Assembly: GCA_965178125.1 (NCBI GenBank)
Contig: OZ237751.1
Location: 930,001 to 994,000 of the forward strand
Direction of reading: 5' to 3'
From: Bilabrum cf. latius
Lineage: Eukaryota
DNA length: 64,000 nucleotides
Positions 49,466 to 60,313 of this stretch are shown one piece after another. A program made the position numbers and the translations under genes. Numbering within the stretch: position 1 is the first letter of the stretch; every line of letters begins with the position of its first letter. The notes under the pieces were generated by a model that worked only from the letters and a program-made list of their open reading frames with translations, was not told where the DNA came from and did not search any database.

Positions 49466-52400
49466 TCATCCTGTGCCGTCCTCGACGGCTCCTCCCAGCC
49501 GGAACGTGGTCGTGAACTGCGGAAACAGTCCACCGGGAGGCTTCCTCCTTCCCCTAGCCCTGCCAACGAGGTGCTCGTCCGTGTCATGACTCCTGGCCTG
49601 CGCCAGGTGCGCCTCCCTCAGCCGGCGCCGCGCAATCGCTCCAAGTTCCGTAGTGGCGGCCCGCCGCGCGGCCTCCTCGGCGCACGCCCGCACCACCCGA
49701 TCCTCGGCCGCCTCCAGCCGCGCCCCCCTGGCCCTCCTCTTCGCCCTGGCAGAGGCAACCCTCCTCTCCGCCTCGTTGGACCGGAGCCCGGACTCCATCG
49801 CCGCCCGCGCGCTGCTCACCATCACCGCCTCCCGCTCACCGGGGCCCACCGCCGATGGCACAAGGCCCAGCCGGAGGGATGGGACGCGAAGAGTATGCGA
49901 AGTGGAAGGTGCTGACGGTGCGTTGCCTCCCCGCTTGGCTGCCTCGGGCGGCGGGCTCACCTGCGGCTGCACGACGTGCCTCGAATCCACGGCGATCTCC
50001 CTCTGCAGCTTGGCTCCCCTTCTGGTGGGGCGCCGCAGGGGTGACCCCCTCAGGGGGTCCTTCTGGTTCCGCTGCTCCAGGGCCTCGAAGGCGCCGCGGG
50101 CCCGCGGGTCGAAACCGCCCAGACGCCTAGGGGCCTTCTCACCTGCCCCCTTTGCCGGCACCTGGTTCTGTGCGCCCTACAACGACGACGCCGATCCCTC
50201 CGATCCGATCCCTGATCCGATCCTGGGAGACCTGTGGCCCATCAGGCAGGACTCCCCTCCCGCGCTCGTCTCGGGGTCCTGCCGCAGGAACCCCGCCCCT
50301 TGTTCCACCCTCGGCGAACGTTCCGCGATTGCGCGGCGCCGGTGCTCGTACGCAGCGAGTCGGTCGGGTGCTACGGGGTGCCTCGGCGCGGCCCGAGGTG
50401 ACAACTTTGATGGGCCAGCTGCGGCCATCGTATCGGACTGCTCCTGGGCCCGCTGTCCGTGCGGCCTTGTTCCCTGGCCATCATGAGTTTCCTGATCCAC
50501 GAGCTGCATGGCTGCTCGGATGGTTGCTTCCCGAGCGGGCGGGTCCCCCCGGATCCCTTGTTCCCTGGCCCTTAGTCGCTCCTCTCCGCTAACGAGTGCC
50601 AGATCCTGCGCGTGGCCCAGTCGGTCCCTGGCCTCCTCAGCGCGCTGTGCGGCTCCCAGCAACGAGGGGTGCACCAGGCGGCGGCCAGGCCGGTGGCTGG
50701 GGGCGCGGCGGGATGAGCTGCCGGTGGCTGGGGGCTTGGTGCTGTCGCTGGCTCCAGATGGAGATGTTGAGGATGGTACCTCGGCTCCATTCCTGTTCCC
50801 CACAGGGTCCTCCATTGAGACCTGTATAGCGGGCCGGTCGTCCCTCTGTGCAGGAGGCTTGGGATGGCCCATCCTGACTCGGAGCTGCTCGTCGTAGTAC
50901 GCCTGGGCTTGGACCTGGGCATGGGCCTGCTGGATCTGGGCCTCTGCTTGCGCTGGCTGTGCCCCGGCGTGGTTGCCTCCAGGCTGAATCGCCTCACCCG
51001 CAGCAGAGGCACGCGCCACCACCTCGCGGGCCAGACGAATCACCCGCTGCTGCGCCGTCTCACTCGTCACACCACCAACCTACACGCTCGTCACACCTCC
51101 CAGGGCCCCGCCCTCCTCATGCGCCTCGGCTCCCATCCTCGGCCCCCTGCCCCCGGCCTCCGTGCGCCCCTGCAGCGCCCTGCTCACCGCCAGCGCGTCA
51201 CCTAACTGCACGTAACCGTCCTAATTCGGATCCAGGAGCGCCGTCATGGCGTCCACTGCGGCCCTGCTGGCGGGTGGAAGACCTACACTCTCCTCGTCCC
51301 CCACGGCCTGCCCTGCCCTGCGCGGCGAGCTGGCCCCCGCTGATGCCCCTGCTGATGCCCCTTCACCTTCCCCCTGCTTCCTTGTTCCCTAAAGATCCAC
51401 GTGCACGCCCGCCTTGAGGCAGCGCTTGGCCCGCCGGATCAGCTGCGCCCGCACGTCGCGAACGTTCACGAACCCGCAATCCCGCTCGTCAAGCTGCCGG
51501 AACCACGCAGACACCCCCCGGTCCGTCGCGGGCAGCACGCTCACCACCTCGTCCGCCCCGTGTGCCGCCGCCTGCAGGAACCGCAGTGCAGTGCCCCCCT
51601 GTTTGTCCACCTCCAGCCTGGCGCTGTTCCCCCCGGCCCGCGCCCCCGGCGGCACTCTCCTGCCCCTGGCAGCCGCCTCCGCCGCCCGCCTCGCATCCCT
51701 GCCCTCGTCGTCCAGGGCCCTGCACAGCTCCGAGTACTGGATGACCCCGTCGCTGTTCCGGTCTACCAGCCGCACCAGCCTGTCGGCCTCCTCCCGGTTC
51801 AGCTCCATGCCCAGGTGCCGCAGCCCAGACCGGAACTCCTCCCGGGTCACCACCCCGTCCCTGTCGGTGTCCAGCCGGCGGAAGGTGCCCACGGCGTGAT
51901 GGTTCACCGCCCGCTGCTGCAGCACCAGGAGGGCCTGCTCCGCTGTGGTGGGTTTCGGCCGCACGAGCTCGTGCTCCAGCCGCTCCAGCACGTCGGCCTT
52001 GCTCTATGCGAGCGCGGCGCGCTGCCGATCCAGGGCTGCGCGGGCCGACTGCACCTGCCCCCGCATCTGCTTCGAGGTCTTTCTGCCTTCTCCTTCTCCT
52101 GCTCCTCCTCGTGACTTGCCCTCAATCTCGTCGATGTCCTCCCCCGCCTGCACGCCCCCACCCACAGATGCGCGGCGCCCCTTCTAATTCCGCAGCGCGC
52201 CCTCGATTGCGGAACTTCCTTTGCGCGGCGCCAGACGGTCGAACAGCGCCATGTAGGGCACCCTGGGCCCCTGCGTCTAGCCGGCGCCCGCGCTGTCACC
52301 CGCCATCAGGCGTCCCCCAACCCCACCCCCAGCAGCGCGCTGCCTGGCAGACGAAGGCACCGCGCCCGCCCCTGCGCCCCTCCCCCTTCGACCTCTGACC

Positions 52401-53473
52401 GGCACGCCCAGCTGCCTCGCCAGCCGCACTACGTTGTTCCCCGAGAGCATCGCACCCTCCCGTGGCAGCAGCCGCTGCAGCGTGCCCGCCAGCGCCTCCG
52501 CGGTAACTGTTCCGGTGCTCATCGGGTCTAGCTGCTGCAGCCGCTGCTGCACCGCCTCGAAGGAGCGCGCGTTGAGGGCGCCGCGCAATCTAGATTCAAG
52601 TTCCGCAGCCGTCTGCACCTGGGACGGTGTCCCTGAAGATGCCTACTTTCCTTCTTCCGATGTCGATTTCGACTCCGAATCCTGCTTGGTCTCCGGGCCC
52701 TTGGAGGGTTCCGCGACAGCGAACCTTAGAGAAGCCTGCCTCGGGTCGACACCCATTTCCTCCCCTTCGGGCGCCTGGCCCATGGACACCCCCCGCATCC
52801 CGCCCCTGAGCTGCCTCTGCCTGGCCTTGCGGAGGGCAGAGGCGGCGCGCTGTCCGGGGGTCAGGAGCATGCGTGGGGGTCCGGGGCCCAGGGGGTGCTC
52901 GGTGGGGTTGTGCTCGCCCGCTGGCAGTGCCAGTGGGGCGGCTTCCGATTTGCTCTCCCACTCGTCATAGTCATCTTGTTGGGAAACGGGATCAGCGCCT
53001 AGTGTTGCCCTGTTGGAGGCATCTGTAGCGGCGTCTCGCTATCGCTTCTACCTGGCACCGTTCTCTGGGTATCCTTTGGTTCGGAACCGGCTGGGTTCCT
53101 GTGTCGAGAGACGGTTGGCAGCCGCTGCGTGCGGAAACTTTGCCACCTCTTGGCGCCGTCCGTCCATTCTAGCGATTGCCACTGTCGGAGCATGCTCTCC
53201 ACGGATGGCTGCAGCAGTGTAACCCTATTGCAGGCTTGCTCCTTGCGGTTCTTGCGCACTATACCTAAACTTTAACCGAGCAGCGTCACCCGACCGCCCA
53301 GCAGACTTCTTTGCTGGGGCAGCACCACCGGGCGCAAGCCTTTGGGTAACGGAGGCTATGATGTCTGAATGCTTGCTATTACTTTTTGGTCGTGGCGATC
53401 CACCTCGTTTCCCCTTGCCTTCCACCTTGGCGAGAGTTGCAGCGGCCAGTTTGCTGGTCCTGGGCGACGCCAT
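49466..53473 (-). CDS. EF-hand calcium-binding protein, ~1335 aa
   Basis: EF-hand loops DTDRDGVVTREEF, DRNSDGVIQYSEL, DERDCGFV and DPN*DGYV. Six ORFs lie in one frame joined by about 11 TAG; ends at TGA 49466-49468. Confidence 0.75.
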
Positions 53474-53717
53474 TCTGGCTGTTTGCAGCGCTTGGCCCCT
53501 CTATCTTTGGGACAAATTCGTAGACCCAGTGGTCACATTACGAACACGTCTTCGCATTCTGCCACAATAGCGTGAAATGCCTCGTCCTAGGCCTCGCTGA
53601 ACGGAAACCAAATTGCGCGGCGACGGCGGTCGCCACGAGGTTCCGCTGTGTGGTACCTTGGTCGCTGTTGACTCCACCTGGATCATTTCTAGGGTCCTGG
53701 CTTCGCAGGAATCCAAA

Positions 53718-56700
53718 ATGAAGGCCGTATCAATGGCTGCACTTGCACTTATTTCTATTTCTTCTGCAGTGGCGCAGACCACCAGTGTTTCGGCGCAGAT
53801 GAAAGGCCCCTCGTGAGCCTTGTTGTGACAGTGCTGTGTCTGCCCCATATTTGGCCGCTTGTTTGGGATTCTGATGTTATTGAGCGCGTTTTTTGTGGTT
53901 TATTGTTGAATCAAGCGAGTATAAGGAAGTCTTTGGGGCATTAAGCTGCCAAGCGATGCCACGGGTGCCCGCTGCCACGGTGCGAATCTTCAGAATTGCC
54001 GATGTACTCCCCATGATCTTCTCTTTCCTCCACTCAGGTACTTCAATGAGCGCACGACACCTTTCAATGTCACTTTGGGCTTCAGCGCGCCGGTGTCTGG
54101 GATCGACCAGTCCTCCTTCCGCGTGTTCGGCGCAAACTTGGTGCAGCTGATCACCCTTTCCAAGCAGATCTACAAGCTGACGGTGACGCCTGGCACCAAC
54201 CGAGACGGCAGCATCTCGACCTACATGCAGGTCAGCCTGCTGCAGAACTCCGCGGACCAGGGCAACAGCCCTGCCTTCTACACGTCGCAGTACAGCGAGG
54301 ACGCCGACAAGCCGGGCTCGGCCAACCTGGGCGCCCCGTCCTACTACACCACCGGACAGACGAGGCTGCTGGTCCAGACCACCTTTTCGAGGGGTCCCTT
54401 GAAGCTGGAGAACTACCGCTTCCTGCAAGAGGACCAGGTCACCGTGTCGGGTGGGGCGACCCTGGACGCGGTGCAGGCCACCTGCCCACGGTTCTAGGGG
54501 GGGCCGCTGGGGGGGGAAGAGCCCGCCGTGCTGCCCGCCAGCGATGGGGACGTGCCCATGGCGGCAGATGCAGAGGCCGAGGGCGGCGCCCGCCGCGCGC
54601 AGATCTTGCCAGGGTTCGGCCCTTGCCTGCTCTACACCCTGGTGCTCAAAGTGGCGGGGGGGCCCAACCGGCAGGACATCTCCATCGCGGTCAACAAGGA
54701 CGCGCTGGGGAAGGACTCCAACGCGGCGGCCCAGGCCACGATCCAGTTTGACCAGGGGGGCCGCATCGATGAGGCCAACCTGACGTACAACGGGCGCACC
54801 ACGTACGGCCCCAACGACCAGGCAGTGTTCGGCTCCGTGACCATCACTCCCTACGTGGACCCGGAGAACATCACGAGCGACATCCTCACCATCGAGAGCC
54901 CCGACGTCATCCTGGCCAACTTTCAGGCGTTCGGGGGAGGCGGCTTCGGCAGCCAGACGCCCTCCACCTCTCTTCGGTTCACGCTGTACCCCACCGTGGA
55001 AGAGAACTTCACCATCTCCATCCCCGAGGACAAGCTCCCCCAGCCGGGGAACAAGCCGCTCTCCCAGACGATCCGGTTCACGGGCAGCTCGAGCGGAGGG
55101 GGGACCCGCCCAGCGCGGCCCATCCGCTTCACCATGTCGGGGCAGACCCAGTTCGACGAGGAGACCGCGGCGAACGTTCCTTTCTCGCTGCAGGTGTTCA
55201 TCTCTGACTCTCTCAAGCAGAGCATCGGGGACCTCACCCAGCTCGTGTCGGCCAGCAACTTCCAGGTGACCGGCGGCGGCTTCATCAAGCGCGAGTGGGC
55301 AGACTCGTGGCCCGCAGCCTACTACGACGACCGCACAACCACCTTCTTCTTCAACGTCACCGTGCCGGCCGACCGCAGCGGCGTCTACCCGTCCCCCATC
55401 CGCGTGTCTCTGCTGTCCTTCCCCAACGCGACCATCGACTCGAGGAGGCCTCCGCAGAGGAGCGCCTTCTTCACCTCTGTGCTGCCCCGCGTGCAGGTGG
55501 GCATCGAGGCCCCCGCCTACTACACCGTAGCCAACGACTCGAAGAACGTGCCCCAGCCGCAGCCCCTGTACATCAACGTGCACCTGGACACGCCACTGGA
55601 CAGGCCCACGCAGTTCACCCCCGGCATGCTGCTGCTCACCGGGTGCGCTCTCACCGGCAACACAACCAAGACCGACTGGAGCTTCACCAACAATGCCCAG
55701 GAGTTCCTGGCTCTCGTGCTGCCGCAGGTGGACGAGGACGGCAGCTTCCAGGACATCTCCATCCGCGTGAACTTCAACTCCCTCGGGTTCACACAGGGGA
55801 ACAACGGCGCCACGGCGCAGCTCTCGTACGAGCCCGGGGTCGCCAACGCCGAGCCCGCCAGCACCACCCTCGAGGTGCCCTCGGTGCACAACGGGCAGGA
55901 CCCGTTCGTCGTCACCGTGTCGTTCGACCAGAGGGTCCGGGCGCCGCGCAGCGCCGGCGGAACCAACCTGGGGTACTGGCTGTCCAACCGCCTCACGGTG
56001 CTCAACGGCTTTGCCCAGGTGTTCCCCGACCCCAGCTACGTGCAGTTCCCCACCACCGAGATTTAGTTCCGGGTGACCCCCCGCTCGGAGGCGAGCGTGT
56101 TCCTCTACTTCCCCTCCAACGTGGTGGCCCTCCCGGGGAACACGTTCAACCGGGTGAGGATCCCCTACGGGGCCGGCACCAGCGCGCCCGCGCTCGCCAG
56201 CATCTACGGCGACGTGGTGCACCAGGGCCCCACGGGCCGGGGCAGCGAGTTCGACGGCATCCTGGTGACGATCCAGTTCTCGCAGGAGATGCCCGGGATC
56301 GAGAACCTGAGGTACTGGCAGGTGGTGCGCGTGTACGGCGGCACAGTGCAGAACTCGCAGTACTCGACCCCTTTCAGCTCCTCATCCACGACCTACGCCC
56401 AGCTGCAGGTGGTCCCGGACGGGCAGGAGGACGTGGTCATCCAGATCCCCGAGAATATCCTGGGCGACGACGGCGTGCAGAACCTGGCCAGCACCAAGAC
56501 CATCACCTACACCCCCGCCCCCGCACTCGTCATCCTCAGCGGGCCCCAGACGCACCAGGGCCCCAGCAGCCTCGTCCGAGTGGTGGCTTCCTTCGACCGC
56601 CCCGTGACGGGCGTGAGCGAGTCGTGCCTGGGCGACCTAAACGAGCGGGCCACGGTCAGCTCGGTCAACAAGGAGGACGACGAGGGCCGCGAGTGGTCCT

Positions 56701-58406
56701 TCGACCTGTCGGTTGCAACCGAGGAGGAGCTCGACCTCCAGGTGGGCGGCACGTGCGTGTCTTCTGCCGCGGGCAACTACGCCTCGAGGGTGCTCACCGT
56801 GGGGTACACGCCCGCCGCGCCCCCGGGTGCCCCGGCCACCGTGTCGATCGTGGCCCCCGTGCTGCACGACGCCAGCGAGTCAATCGAGGTGGTCTTCCAG
56901 TGGAACAAGAACGTGAAGGGATTCTCCGCGCAGGACGTGGTGGTGTCCCCCGCGGGGGTCATGAAGATCGGCGGGCTCACGCCTGACGCGTCGGGGGCCG
57001 TGTACAACCTGCGCATGTGGTTCGCCAAGCCCATGGATGCAAGCTCCCAGGTGACCCTCAACGTGACCGTCAAGCCGTCGGCGGTGGAGACCGGCAACGA
57101 GGCGAGGAGCACCTTAATCGTGTGGGACCAGTACGGGCCCGCTCCCTCTCCCGCGCCGTCCCCGGCCCCTGCCTGCCAGGAGGTCACGTGCTCGGGACAT
57201 GGGCAGTGCGAGGCTGTGGCGCGTGAGGGCCCCGGCATGGGCTCTGGCATGGCACCGCGGTGCGACTGCGAGACGGGGTACGGTGGCTTCGCGTGCTCGT
57301 ACGTGATCCAGACCCCTGCGTGCGCCAACCGCATCAAGGACGATGGGGAGTCCGACGTCGATTGCGGCGGGCCCTGCCGGCCCTGTGCCGAGGGGCTCAT
57401 GTGCATGCAGCCCTCGGACTGCGACTTCGGGTCGGACTGCTACACCGTGCCAGCGGACAGCAGCCGCGCCCGCAGCGAGTGGGAGACGTACTCCGTGGGT
57501 CGGGCCCCGGCCGCGCGCAAGCTCAGGTCTGCTTCGTCCTCCTCCCTGGGCATGGACACGGGTACGGGGGTGTGCCAGAGCTTCGCCATCGGCAACGTCA
57601 CCAAGGAGGTGGTCAAAGTGACCTGGGCCTTCAGGGGCCTTAGGCTGGCAGACGTGTCCTCCCGAGTGACGGCAGCGCTGCGGCATCGCATCCAGCGGTA
57701 CGTCAACAAGGGCACGGGCGGGTCTCTTGTTCCCCCGGTGCTGCTGCGGCTCAGCGAGATCCTCGTGACGCGCGTCTCTGGCTGGATGGCGCCAGCCTCG
57801 AACCAGCTCGATTAGCAGCAGCAGCGCGAGAGGTCTCTGATGGCCACCAACCAGTCGGACGGCGTGACCATCGCCCTGCAGATCGGCATCAACTCCACCG
57901 CTGACGCCCCATCCGTCATCGGCGCGCTCAGGAACGCCCTTGCCAGCGGCGTGGTGGCCACCAACCTCATGGGGGACCTGCCCGGGGTGCCCCTGGCGTC
58001 CGTTGAGGACCCGGGGGACGGCAGCGGTGCCCCCTCGGTGGGGGCACCGGTCCCCGCCCCGTCCTCTCTCCCCCCCATCCCCTCCCCCGGGCCTAGTGGG
58101 GGCAAGAAGAAGAACGACGTGGGTATCGAGGTCGCCGCGGGGGTGGCAGCGGGCGCGCTCGTCCTCGGTCTCGTGGCCGGCGCGCTGGTCATGTACTGCC
58201 GCCAGAGGTCCGACTCGGAGCGACTCGCCGAGAGGCAGGCGGCCGAGACCACGGGCCAGCAGTACCGCACCGCCATCCACGTGGGCGAGGACGGCCGCGG
58301 GAGGGTGGTGCGCGAGCCGGTGGCCGGCGGGGACTCGACGAGGAACCCGCTGGACATGAAGGCGGACACAGGGGCCTACGACACGGGCGCCGTGGCGGCC
58401 CAGTGA
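53718..58406 (+). CDS. Type I surface receptor/adhesin B, paralogue of A (~1487 aa); intron 53813-54037
   Basis: Signal peptide MKAVSMAALALISISSAVAQ. The intron is at the same GP(S) phase-2 site as in paralogue A, and the domains are colinear. TAG at 54495, 56064 and 57813; ends at TGA. Confidence 0.85.
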
Positions 58407-59238
58407 GGAATCCGATCCTCGCGTGGGTGTGTGGCAAGTGCAGTGCAGTGGCGGGAAGGGTGATGGTGAGGGTGAGGGTGGTAGCGAGCAGCGAAGCGAG
58501 GTGATCGATGGAGCGTACGCGCTTCTTGTCGACCTCGCTTGCTGCGCGCTCCTCCCTTTTCTCTTCTCTTCCTGTGCCTCTGCACTGCCGGTGCTGGCAC
58601 CGCCGCTAGACTTTTGCTTGTGTGTTCAACGTGATAGGCAAGTGCCGGTGCCATTGCCGCGATCGGCGGGTGTGATGAGGGCGCCCTCAAGTCGCGGCAT
58701 ATTTGCGTGTGACGACTTTCTTTGACTTTTTGACGGTTGGTTTGATTGATTGCTGCGTCAGTGTGCGTGCATTTTGAAGCGACATGCCTGGCTGATTGCC
58801 TTGTTACCGCGCGTATTGCGTGAGGGCGAGGCAGGCGAGCGAGCGGCCCTGAGGGAGAGATCAGGTGAGGAAGAGAGGCTAGCATGCTGGACAGCAAGTT
58901 GCGAGGCAGTGGTGGGGGGTTGAGATGTCTCGCTGTCCCGCTTGCTGGGTTGTTCCTCCCTCCCTTTCCTGTTTGCGCTCACTCGCCGGCGGCATCGTCG
59001 CGCACTCAAACACGTTCTCTGATTTCGTCTCGTGTGCATGCGACTGCATAAGACCGCTCATTCTGGGACCACACCCACTTGTATGCACCAGGTATGCACT
59101 CTGTAAACGAGCAAGATCGAAGCTGGATCTTCCTGCATAGTTTTGCCACCTGCTTGCAAAACAGGAAGTAGGTTGAAAACGGGCCAGAATCGCTCACGCG
59201 CTCATTCTTAGGCTCAAGGTAAACAAGCATCCGCGAAT

Positions 59239-59928
59239 ATGTCTGTAGTACCCGACCTTAGTCGCTTTCCAGACTCGCGCGAGCGAGACGTGGTGGGAAA
59301 CAAGCTGCATTTCTACGTGCACAGGCCCGCCGTTTCCGGCGAACTCAGCGCGGCTGGCGATGGTAATTCTCACGAGAAATACAAAATATTCGACCGATCC
59401 ATCCGACTTATGGAACTGACCGATGATGAAAGAAAAGTTGTGCATGATCTCAAGAAGAACATCTCGTTCGTGGCCATGGCGCGGACGAATGTCCTGTTCG
59501 ACTGGTTGCAGCGTTTCGGCTCCAAGTTCCTGCAGAATCACGGGCTGGTCAAATACCAGGGCGGAGCATACCACACCCATTTGATGGATGGAAGCAAGTG
59601 CTATACAATGTACTGGTTCGAGGATTCTGAGCGCGGCCTGATCGCCCCCTTCTGCTGGGGACCGCACGAGAAGGACCCGTCCTAGCTTGGTGACAAGGCC
59701 AGGAGCAAGTGCATGAAGAGCAGCGCTGAATGTCTGGAAGCAGCGTCCCGTATGTTCGCTGCGCTTAAGATGAGGAGGGGCAAAGAGTACGAGGAGAGGT
59801 TTGGGGCCATGGGGCACGAGCCAGTCCACGAGGCTCTCAGCCGACGAGCACGGGAGCTGGCGGCCAAGGCTTCCTCGGAGCGAGGTAGTGCTGCCGCCGG
59901 GGGATCTGGAGGAGGATCCAGCTCGTGA
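59239..59928 (+). CDS. Hypothetical protein, 229 aa
   Basis: Two ORFs in frame joined by TAG 59683-59685, with globular-looking composition; ends at TGA. Confidence 0.5.
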
Positions 59929-60313
59929 ATGTAACGTGAAAGGCTCGCACCGTGGTTTCCAGTGGCAGGGCGGTCGCCTCCTCGGCCAGCGATCGACTCG
60001 AAATTGCCTTAGAATCCCCGGGATACGAAGTTAAAATTCTTGATGGAACTTCTCTCAGCAAATCTCCTGCAGACCTAGAATGCAATGCACCTAGCTTGGC
60101 AAGTGTTCCAATTTCAGATCCGACCGGTTCGTCAGCCCCTCCCATGCTCAACCAGCCGTCCTCCTCCCGCGAGTCCAGCTCCAGCCAGGGTTCTTCTATT
60201 TCGTATCCACTGTCGGTGCCGGAAAGGAAGGTGCGCGAAGAGCACCGAATCTGGGGGATACGCCCACTCGCTCTCTCACACAGCCGCCGTGAACAACTCC
60301 CAGGCAAGTTGCC

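Noticed and set aside
53877-56222. Long antisense or alternate-frame ORFs (781 aa here; also 10334-12085, 5035-6552, 36352-37806, 55295-56986, 33428-34852)
   Set aside because: These are shadow ORFs caused by high GC3 of the real genes on the other strand or frame, and they contain no recognisable motifs.
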